In this document: one piece after another, positions 1 to 7,503 of the stretch
Position numbering within the stretch: position 1 is the stretch's first letter
Layout: each line of letters opens with the position of its first letter
DNA from: Patescibacteria group bacterium
GTDB lineage: Bacteria; Patescibacteriota; Patescibacteriia; UBA2591; UBA6264
DNA length: 8,418 nt
Assembly (NCBI GenBank): GCA_028713575.1
Contig: JAQTOB010000015.1
Coordinates: forward strand, 1-8,418
Reading direction: 5' to 3'
Notes under the pieces: model-generated
Told to the model about the DNA's origin: nothing
The model's input: only the letters and a program-made list of their open reading frames with translations
Database searches by the model: none
Program-made: the position numbers and the translations under genes

Positions 1-1
1 T

Positions 2-241
2 TTTATTCTCGGCTTAATGGATATTATCACCGAGTTTGCCCGAATCATCTCCCTTTCTATTCGTTTATTCGGCAATATTTTTGCCGGTGAAACATTAGCG
101 ATAATCATTCTCGGCGGCCTCGCCTATATCTTGCCTTCTGTTTGGATGGCCATGAACTTGTTTACCGGGACCATTCAAGCTATGGTTTTTGGTTGTTTAA
201 CTACTGCTTATTACATGTTAGCGGTCAAAGAAACGGAATAA
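2..241 (+). CDS. atpB: F0F1 ATP synthase subunit a (Fo stator), C-terminal fragment; 5' end lies beyond the window
   Basis: The reading frame is open from position 2 (FILGL precedes the tracked Met). The motif SLSIRLFGNIFAGE contains the universally conserved stator Arg (codon 62-64, cgt). A final hydrophobic helix follows. The gene sits immediately upstream of the c-subunit, as in the canonical atpBEFHAGDC order. Confidence 0.93.
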   Translation, partial: FILGLMDIITEFARIISLSIRLFGNIFAGETLAIIILGGLAYILPSVWMAMNLFTGTIQAMVFGCLTTAYYMLAVKETE

Positions 242-270
242 TATAATTAATAAATTAAATATATAAATCT

Positions 271-498
271 ATGGAAGAACAATTTATTATTGAGGCGGCT
301 CGTCTTTTGGCCAAAGGATTTTGCACCTTAACCATGGGATTCTCGGCCATTGGTGAAGGATTTTTAATTGGGAAGGCCTTAGAGGCAATAGGCAGAAATC
401 CAGAAGTGGAAGGAAGTTTATTCAGTAAAATGATTATTGGCGCGGCCATGGCGGAATCAACGGCCATTTACGCTTTAGTCGCCTTCTTTATTCTCTAA
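271..498 (+). CDS. atpE: F0F1 ATP synthase subunit c (rotor proteolipid)
   Basis: This is a 75-aa two-helix hairpin. The polar loop GKALEAIGRNPE is RQPE-type. The helix-2 ion-binding carboxylate lies in AMAESTAIYALV (E62, codon 454-456). The gene lies between subunits a and b. Confidence 0.95.
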   Translation: MEEQFIIEAARLLAKGFCTLTMGFSAIGEGFLIGKALEAIGRNPEVEGSLFSKMIIGAAMAESTAIYALVAFFIL

Positions 499-505
499 AA
501 CGAAA

Positions 506-994
506 ATGTTGGAGAAAATACTAGGAAATTTTGGATTTGACTGGCGATTAGCTTTGGCTAATTTGATTAATTTTTTGATTATTGTTTGGCTTTTAAAAAG
601 ATTTGCTCTTAAGCCAATTAAAAAAATCCTTGATGAAAGAGAAAAAAAGATTAAAAAAGGGCTGGAAGATGCGGAAAAAGCGGCGCAAAATTTACAATTA
701 ACCCGGGAAACCAGCGAAAAAACATTATTAGACGCCAAGAAAGAGGCCAATAAAATAATCATTTTGGCCAATAAAGAATCGGAAAAAATAATCAACGAAG
801 GGTCTAAGCTGGCTGAAGAAAAGGGCAAAAAAATTATTAACCAGGCCAAAGAAGTAATTGAACAAGAAAAGAAAAAAATGTTAATGGAGATAAAAAGTGA
901 AGTTGTTGACCTGGTAATTGACGTTTCGGAAAAAATCATTAAGCAAAAATCCGAACAAAAAGAAAAAGAATTAATTGAAAAATTATTAGAATAA
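506..994 (+). CDS. atpF: F0F1 ATP synthase subunit b (peripheral stalk)
   Basis: The 162-aa protein has a single N-terminal TM helix (LALANLINFLIIVWLL). It is followed by KPIKKILDEREKKI and a long K/E-rich helix, which is typical of the b stalk. The gene lies between c and delta. Confidence 0.9.
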   Translation: MLEKILGNFGFDWRLALANLINFLIIVWLLKRFALKPIKKILDEREKKIKKGLEDAEKAAQNLQLTRETSEKTLLDAKKEANKIIILANKESEKIINEGSKLAEEKGKKIINQAKEVIEQEKKKMLMEIKSEVVDLVIDVSEKIIKQKSEQKEKELIEKLLE

Positions 995-996
995 AC

Positions 997-1389
997 ATGA
1001 GATGTTCAAGTCAAAATTTAGCAAAAAAATTGCTGAAATCCATCAAAACCAATCCGAAAAAAATGAATGAAATAGCCGACCAATTCATTCTTTTTTGTCA
1101 TCAAAAAAATCTTGATTATTTACTCCCAAATATCTTAAAATATTTAGAAAAAAAAATCGCCGAAGAAAAAGAAGAAAAAACCTTGTCAATTAAAATAAAA
1201 AACAATCTATCGTCATCTATGATTGAAAAAATAAAAAAAATTTCCGGATTCAATAAAAACGATAAAATTAAAATTATTAAAGACCAAAAAATTTTGGGCG
1301 GATTCATCGCTCAATATCAAAATAAAATTTTTGACGCCAGTGTCAATCATAATCTATCTTTATTAAAAAATAAATTGATTAATGAATAA
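997..1389 (+). CDS. atpH: F0F1 ATP synthase subunit delta (OSCP), unusually short
   Basis: The gene lies between b and alpha, 2 nt after the atpF stop. The C-terminus ILGGFIAQYQNKIFDASVNHNLSLLKNKL matches the delta/OSCP C-terminal signature (GG-x-hydrophobic...DxS...L..L). The N-terminal NLAKKLL resembles the YAKALF start of delta. At 130 aa it is shorter than the roughly 175-185 aa typical of bacterial delta. Confidence 0.8.
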   Translation: MRCSSQNLAKKLLKSIKTNPKKMNEIADQFILFCHQKNLDYLLPNILKYLEKKIAEEKEEKTLSIKIKNNLSSSMIEKIKKISGFNKNDKIKIIKDQKILGGFIAQYQNKIFDASVNHNLSLLKNKLINE

Positions 1390-1393
1390 TTAA

Positions 1394-2887
1394 ATGAGTT
1401 TAGAAAAAATCGTTGACAAATTAAAAAAACAAATCAAAGAATTTGAGCCGAAAATGGAAATCAATGAAACCGGCAAAATTTTGGAAGTCGGCGACGGCAT
1501 CTGCCGTCTAAGCGGTTTGAATAAATGCCAATCCTCGGAAATGCTTCTTTTCCCGAAAGAAACAATCGGTTTGGCTTTAAATTTAGAAGAGGACTCTGTC
1601 GGGGCTGTTATTTTGGGAAAATACCAACATCTTAAAGAGGGAGATATAGTAAAAAGAACCGGTCAAGTTCTCTCAATTCCTGTAAATGATGATTACGTCG
1701 GTCGCATTGTTGACCCTTTAGGACAACCGTTAGATGGAAAAGAAAAAATTAAATCAGATAAACGATATCCAATTGAAAAAATCGCACCCGGGGTAATGGA
1801 ACGAGAACCAGTAAGTCAGCCGCTCCATACCGGCATTAAGGCCATTGACTCTTCTATTCCGATTGGCCGCGGTCAAAGAGAACTGATTATCGGCGACCGA
1901 CAAACCGGCAAAACCGCCATTGCCATTGATACGATTATTAATCAAAAAAATGAAAACATAATTTGTATTTATGTGGCGATTGGACAAAAACAATCAAAAA
2001 TCGCCAATATTGTAGCAAAACTTAAAGAAACTGGAAGCCTGATGCATACAATCATTGTTTTTGCCGGCGCTTCAGAATCAGCCGCCTTGTCATATTTGGC
2101 TCCCTATGCCGGCGCAACTTTAGCCGAATATTTTATGGACCAAGGAAAAGATGTTTTAATTGTTTATGACGACCTTTCCAAACACGCCTGGGCTTATAGA
2201 GAAATTTCTCTATTGCTTCGTCGACCTCCGGGACGAGAGGCTTATCCCGGAGATATTTTTTATTTACATTCCCGCCTTTTAGAAAGGGCTTGCCGCCGAA
2301 ACCAAAAAGCCGGAGGCGGATCAATTACCGCCTTGCCAATTATTGAAACGCAAGCCGGAGACGTAAGCGCCTATATTCCAACCAATGTCATTTCAATTAC
2401 TGATGGCCAAATATTTCTTGATTCAAATCTTTTTTACAAGGGTATCAGACCGGCTATTGACATGGGCATCTCCGTCTCTCGGGTCGGTAGTAGCGCACAA
2501 ATAAAATCAATGAAAAAGGTTGCCGGTAAATTAAAACTTGATTTAGCACAATTTCGCGAACTGGAGGCCTTTACTCAATTTGCCAGCGACCTGGACCCAG
2601 AAACAAAAAAACAAATCAGCCGAGGACAAAAGATAATTGAATTATTAAAACAACCTCTTTATTCTCCTCTGCCCATCAGCTATCAAATAATCTCAATTTA
2701 TGCTGTCAACAACGGATACTTTGACGAAATTAAAAATGAAGAAATTAGAATAAAAGAAAAAAGTCTTTATCAATTTCTAAAAATGAATAAAAAAGAACTT
2801 TTAAAAACGTTAGAAAAAAATTGGAACGAAAAAATTGAAGAAGACTTGAAAAAAACTTTAGAAGAATTCAAAAAATCTTATTTATAA
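1394..2887 (+). CDS. atpA: F0F1 ATP synthase subunit alpha
   Basis: The protein is 497 aa. It has Walker [65 protein letters not shown], and [30 protein letters not shown]. All are hallmark alpha-subunit blocks. Confidence 0.98.
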   Translation: MSLEKIVDKLKKQIKEFEPKMEINETGKILEVGDGICRLSGLNKCQSSEMLLFPKETIGLALNLEEDSVGAVILGKYQHLKEGDIVKRTGQVLSIPVNDDYVGRIVDPLGQPLDGKEKIKSDKRYPIEKIAPGVMEREPVSQPLHTGIKAIDSSIPIGRGQRELIIGDRQTGKTAIAIDTIINQKNENIICIYVAIGQKQSKIANIVAKLKETGSLMHTIIVFAGASESAALSYLAPYAGATLAEYFMDQGKDVLIVYDDLSKHAWAYREISLLLRRPPGREAYPGDIFYLHSRLLERACRRNQKAGGGSITALPIIETQAGDVSAYIPTNVISITDGQIFLDSNLFYKGIRPAIDMGISVSRVGSSAQIKSMKKVAGKLKLDLAQFRELEAFTQFASDLDPETKKQISRGQKIIELLKQPLYSPLPISYQIISIYAVNNGYFDEIKNEEIRIKEKSLYQFLKMNKKELLKTLEKNWNEKIEEDLKKTLEEFKKSYL

Positions 2888-2892
2888 TATCT

Positions 2893-3795
2893 ATGCCCGG
2901 AATATCAAAAGCCATTAAAAACAGAATTAAATCCGTGGGGAGTACTAAAAAAATAACCAAGGCCATGGAATTAGTAGCGGCGGCAAAAATGCGCAAGGCA
3001 ATCATAAGTTCCCTAAGTAGCCGTTTTTACGCCAAACACGCCTGGGACCTTTTAAAAAATTTGGCGAAAGAAGAACATTTAAAACATCCTTTATTAATTA
3101 ACGTTAAAACCGAAAAAGAACTTTTAATTGTTATTTCTTCTAATCGTGGCTTGTGTGGCGGATATAATGTTAATATCGCCAAAACAACCATTCAATATAT
3201 TTTAAAAAATAAAAATAAAAAAATTGATTTAATAATCGTTGGTCGCAAAGGAGAAATTATTAGCCGAAAAATGAAAAATAAAATTATTGCCAGCTTTGTT
3301 GAATTCAGCGACGACTTAAAAATTAAAGAAATCTCTAGTTTAACTCAATTGGTAATTAGTGAATTTACTAAAAAACAATATCATAAAATATCAGTCATTT
3401 ATACTGATTTTATTTCCAGTATAAAATATGAACCAAAAATTAAAATTCTTTTACCAATTAATAAAGAAATTTTTATTGATGTTATTGATGAAAAAATAAT
3501 TGAAAAAGAAATAAAAATTAAAAAAGCAAAACCTTTGATAATTTTTGAACCAAATGAAGAAAGTGTTTTGGATTTAATCCTTCCCCGTTTAACTGAAGTG
3601 CAAATATACCAAGCTTTATTGGAGGCCAATGCCAGCGAACACAGCGCGAGAATGTTGGCGATGAAAAACGCCAGCGATAATGCCGAGAATATGATTAAAG
3701 AACTAATGCTTTACTATAATCAGGCCAGACAATCAGGCATCACTCAAGAAATTGCGGAAATCTCCAGTGGCGCCCAATCTTTAATAGACATCTAA
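2893..3795 (+). CDS. atpG: F0F1 ATP synthase subunit gamma
   Basis: The protein is 300 aa. The N-terminal helix IKNRIKSVGSTKKITKAMELVAAAKMRKA and the C-terminal helix EHSARMLAMKNASDNAENMIKELMLYYNQARQSGITQEIAEISSGAQSL are the conserved gamma coiled-coil signatures. Confidence 0.96.
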   Translation: MPGISKAIKNRIKSVGSTKKITKAMELVAAAKMRKAIISSLSSRFYAKHAWDLLKNLAKEEHLKHPLLINVKTEKELLIVISSNRGLCGGYNVNIAKTTIQYILKNKNKKIDLIIVGRKGEIISRKMKNKIIASFVEFSDDLKIKEISSLTQLVISEFTKKQYHKISVIYTDFISSIKYEPKIKILLPINKEIFIDVIDEKIIEKEIKIKKAKPLIIFEPNEESVLDLILPRLTEVQIYQALLEANASEHSARMLAMKNASDNAENMIKELMLYYNQARQSGITQEIAEISSGAQSLIDI

Positions 3796-5612
<1,817 letters not shown>

Positions 5613-5619
5613 TTATTTA

Positions 5620-5646
5620 TTGCCAATTTGTTTTAATTGTTATATC
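5620..5646 (+). promoter_or_regulatory. Candidate sigma70-type promoter upstream of the CBS gene (TTGCCA, 15 nt spacer, TGt-TATATC)
   Basis: TTGCCA lies at 5620-5625 and an extended -10-like TGTTATATC at 5638-5646. A second perfect TATAAT lies at 5656-5661. The region is very AT-rich, so hexamer matches are expected by chance. Confidence 0.25.
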
Positions 5647-5683
5647 ATTCATTTATATAATTAAACAATTATTAAATGAATCT

Positions 5684-6133
5684 ATGAAAGTAAAAGATAT
5701 TATGCAAAAAAAAGTTATCAGCCTGCGACCGGATAATACTTATGAAGAGGCAGTTAAAATTCTCTATAACAATGACATTACCGGCGCGCCAGTAATTGAT
5801 GAAGAAGAAAATTTGGTCGGTTATGTTTCGGAAAAAGACCTTTTCAACATTCTTTATCCTTATTACAAAAGTTATTATGAACATCCGGAAATCTATACTG
5901 ATTTTGAAAAAAGAGAAGACAAGGCCCAAGAAATAAAGTATCAACCAGTAGAAAGATTTATGAACAAATCTCCCCTAACCATTGAGCCTGAAATGTTTGT
6001 TATGAGCGCCGGCGCAATCATGCTCGCCCAGCGCATTCATCAATTTCTGGTGGTGGAAAAAAGAAAAGTGGTAGGAATTATCAGCCGAGAAATGATTTAC
6101 CGAACAATTTTCAAAAAAAATTTCAATTTATAA
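5684..6133 (+). CDS. Standalone CBS-pair (Bateman module) protein
   Basis: The 149-aa protein has two CBS motifs. The first is VKDIMQKKVISLRPDNTYEEAVKILYNNDITGAPVIDEEENLVGYVSEKDLF. The second is VERFMNKSPLTIEPEMFVMSAGAIMLAQRIHQFLVVEKRKVVGIISREMIY. No additional catalytic or transmembrane domain is visible. Confidence 0.88.
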   Translation: MKVKDIMQKKVISLRPDNTYEEAVKILYNNDITGAPVIDEEENLVGYVSEKDLFNILYPYYKSYYEHPEIYTDFEKREDKAQEIKYQPVERFMNKSPLTIEPEMFVMSAGAIMLAQRIHQFLVVEKRKVVGIISREMIYRTIFKKNFNL

Positions 6134-6148
6134 TTTATAATTTCAATT

Positions 6149-6190
6149 AAAAAAGCCCGTGTGATTTAAAAATCATCGGGTTTTATTTTT
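6149..6190. terminator. Bidirectional intrinsic (rho-independent) terminator between convergent genes
   Basis: The sequence is AAAAAA-GCCCG-tg-TGATT-taaa-AATCA-t-CGGG-TTTTATTTTT. A GC stem pairs 6156-6159 with 6177-6180. An inner AU-rich stem pairs 6162-6166 with 6171-6175. A T-tract follows at 6181-6190 for the + strand, and the A-tract at 6149-6154 gives a U-tract for the - strand. Confidence 0.75.
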
Positions 6191-6197
6191 CCTAATA

Positions 6198-7430
6198 TCA
6201 AAACTTGCTCGCGTTTTCACCGGCTATATAACCGGTGCTAAAACAAGCTTGTAAATTGTAACCGCCAGTTGGCCCGTCAAGGTCAAGGATTTCTCCGGCT
6301 AAATAAAGATTATCAATCAATCTTGATTTCATAGTTTGCGGATTGATTTCGCGCAGGTCAATTCCGCCGACAGTGATAATCGCTTTATCATAACCATCTA
6401 AACGCTTCACTTTCAAAACAAATTCTTTTAAAAGATGAATTATTTTTTTTCTTTCTTCTCTTGTAATAAGATTGACTTTTTTTTCCGGTTCAATTTTAGA
6501 AATTGCTATTATAACAGGAATAAGCCTCTGGGGTAAAAGTTCATTCAAGCTATTTTTAAACATTTTATTATTCGTTTTTTTAAAATCTTTTTGTATTCTT
6601 TTGTCCAGGTCTATAAAATTTAAAGCTGGCTTAAAATCTATTTTAATTTCAATGTTTGATTGGTCAATAATTTTTCGGCTTAAATCAAGAATAATCGGCC
6701 CACTTAATCCGTTGTGAGTGAAAATCGCCTCGCCAAAAGCTGAACCGATTTCTCTGTTATTTTGCCAAAGACTAATTTTAACGTTTTTCAGGCTTAATCC
6801 TTCAATGTCTTTGATAAATTGTTCTTGGGTTATGACGGGGACAAGCGCGGGGGAAAGCCGAGTAATTGTATGACCTATATTTTTTAACCATTGATAGCCG
6901 TCGCCGGTTGACCCGGTTGAGGGATAGGATTTTCCGCCCGTACAAATAATATATTGTTTGGCGACTATTTCCCGAAGGTTATTAAGAATTATTTTTTCAA
7001 TCTTATTTTTTTTCTTAATAACATCTTTAACCGCCTGGCCAGTCATTATTTTTACTTTTGACTCTTTTAAATAGCCAATCAAAGCGTCAAGAACATCTTT
7101 GGATTTATCGCTTAAGGGAAAAACTCTACCGCCTCTTTCTATTTTTATTTTTACTCCCCTTTTTTCAAAAAAATCAATTGTTTCATCTGGTCCAAATTTA
7201 TAAAAACAAGAAAAAAGAAACTTTCCGTTTTTCCCAAATTTTTCAATCATCTGTTTTAAGTCGTCTCTTTTGTTGGTAAAATTACATCTCCCTTTGCCTG
7301 TGATTAAAAGTTTATTTCCTAATGTTTTATTCTTTTCAATTAAGACGACATTGGCATTGAATTCTCCCGCCCGACCCGCGGCCATCATACCGGCTGGTCC
7401 GGCGCCAATTACGGCTAAATCATATTTCAT
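6198..7430 (-). CDS. NAD(P)/FAD-dependent oxidoreductase, HI0933-like (YhiN/BaiN, 'aminoacetone oxidase family') flavoprotein
   Basis: The N-terminus MKYDLAVIGAGPAGMMAAGRA is a dinucleotide-binding GxGxxG fold. GKGRCNFTN is the family motif. The C-terminus ITVGGIDLREINPQTMKSRLIDNLYLAGEILDLDGPTGGYNLQACFSTGYIAGENA is the family hallmark. I place the start at the ATG at 7428-7430 rather than the TTG at 7476-7478 used by the ORF track. The TTG lies inside the upstream terminator hairpin, and the 16 extra residues are not part of the Rossmann fold. The stop is TGA (6198-6200). Confidence 0.92.
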   Translation of the reverse strand: MKYDLAVIGAGPAGMMAAGRAGEFNANVVLIEKNKTLGNKLLITGKGRCNFTNKRDDLKQMIEKFGKNGKFLFSCFYKFGPDETIDFFEKRGVKIKIERGGRVFPLSDKSKDVLDALIGYLKESKVKIMTGQAVKDVIKKKNKIEKIILNNLREIVAKQYIICTGGKSYPSTGSTGDGYQWLKNIGHTITRLSPALVPVITQEQFIKDIEGLSLKNVKISLWQNNREIGSAFGEAIFTHNGLSGPIILDLSRKIIDQSNIEIKIDFKPALNFIDLDKRIQKDFKKTNNKMFKNSLNELLPQRLIPVIIAISKIEPEKKVNLITREERKKIIHLLKEFVLKVKRLDGYDKAIITVGGIDLREINPQTMKSRLIDNLYLAGEILDLDGPTGGYNLQACFSTGYIAGENASKF

Positions 7431-7436
7431 TTTTTT

Positions 7437-7445
7437 ATTATAACA
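7437..7445 (-). promoter_or_regulatory. Extended -10 promoter element (TGt-TATAAT) for the flavoprotein gene, implying a leaderless or near-leaderless mRNA
   Basis: The - strand reads ...AAAAATGTTATAATAAAAAAATG. A perfect TATAAT lies at 7442-7437, preceded by TGn at 7445-7443. Only 6 nt (A6) separate the hexamer from the ATG at 7430. No SD is present. Confidence 0.45.
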
Positions 7446-7454
7446 TTTTTTTAG

Positions 7455-7495
7455 AAAAAAATAAAAAAGTCGCCCCAAAATGGAGCAACTTTTTT
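7455..7495 (-). terminator. Intrinsic terminator downstream of the DUF4349-like gene
   Basis: The - strand RNA is AAAAAA-GUUGCUCC-AUUUU-GGGGCGAC-UUUUUUAUUUUUUU. An 8-bp stem pairs 7482-7489 with 7469-7476, including two G-U pairs. The loop is 5 nt and a long U-tract follows (7455-7468). Confidence 0.7.
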
Positions 7496-7503
7496 ACGTC
7501 ATC

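Noticed and set aside
475-939. A 154-aa antisense ORF opposite atpF. Similar antisense or off-frame ORFs occur at 255-467, 1116-1307, 1754-1993, 2133-2324, 3399-3629, 4392-4610, 4763-4960, 5414-5626, 5672-5944, 6472-6717 and 7058-7279.
   Set aside because: All lie entirely within strongly supported conserved genes. Their translations are low-complexity F/L/S/I-rich strings, the mirror image of K/E-rich sense codons in AT-rich DNA. They have no recognisable motifs and no start context of their own, so they are expected by chance when stop codons are depleted on the antisense strand.
1148-1240. Long homopolymeric A-runs (9 A at 1148-1156, 8 A at 1233-1240) in atpH, and T8 runs in the flavoprotein gene (6443-6450, 6477-6484, 7006-7013), considered as possible phase-variation tracts.
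   Set aside because: They encode Lys (AAA) repeats in frame within K-rich proteins of an AT-rich genome. Phase variation of core ATP synthase genes is implausible. They matter only as potential sequencing-error hotspots.
5634-5670. An inverted repeat, TAATTGTT ... AACAATTA, with inner TATAT/ATATA pairing after atpC, considered as a possible terminator or regulatory hairpin.
   Set aside because: The stem is composed only of A-T pairs with a large loop and no proper downstream U-tract. Such palindromes arise readily by chance in this AT-rich spacer. It is not convincing as a terminator or riboswitch.
6198-6200. The single TGA stop among otherwise all-TAA stops could hint at an alternative genetic code (code 25 or code 4, UGA read as sense).
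   Set aside because: All conserved proteins are full-length under the standard code with no in-frame TGA, and Trp is encoded by TGG. The flavoprotein ends at its normal family C-terminus (...GYIAGENASKF), and a TAG follows two codons later anyway. There is no evidence of recoding.
7431-7478. A 16-codon N-terminal extension of the flavoprotein ORF, starting at the TTG at 7476-7478 in the supplied track.
   Set aside because: The TTG lies within the stem-loop of the upstream terminator. The extension (GRLFYFFLKKCYNKK) is just a translated T/A-tract plus promoter. The family-typical N-terminus begins at MKYDLAVIGAGPAG.
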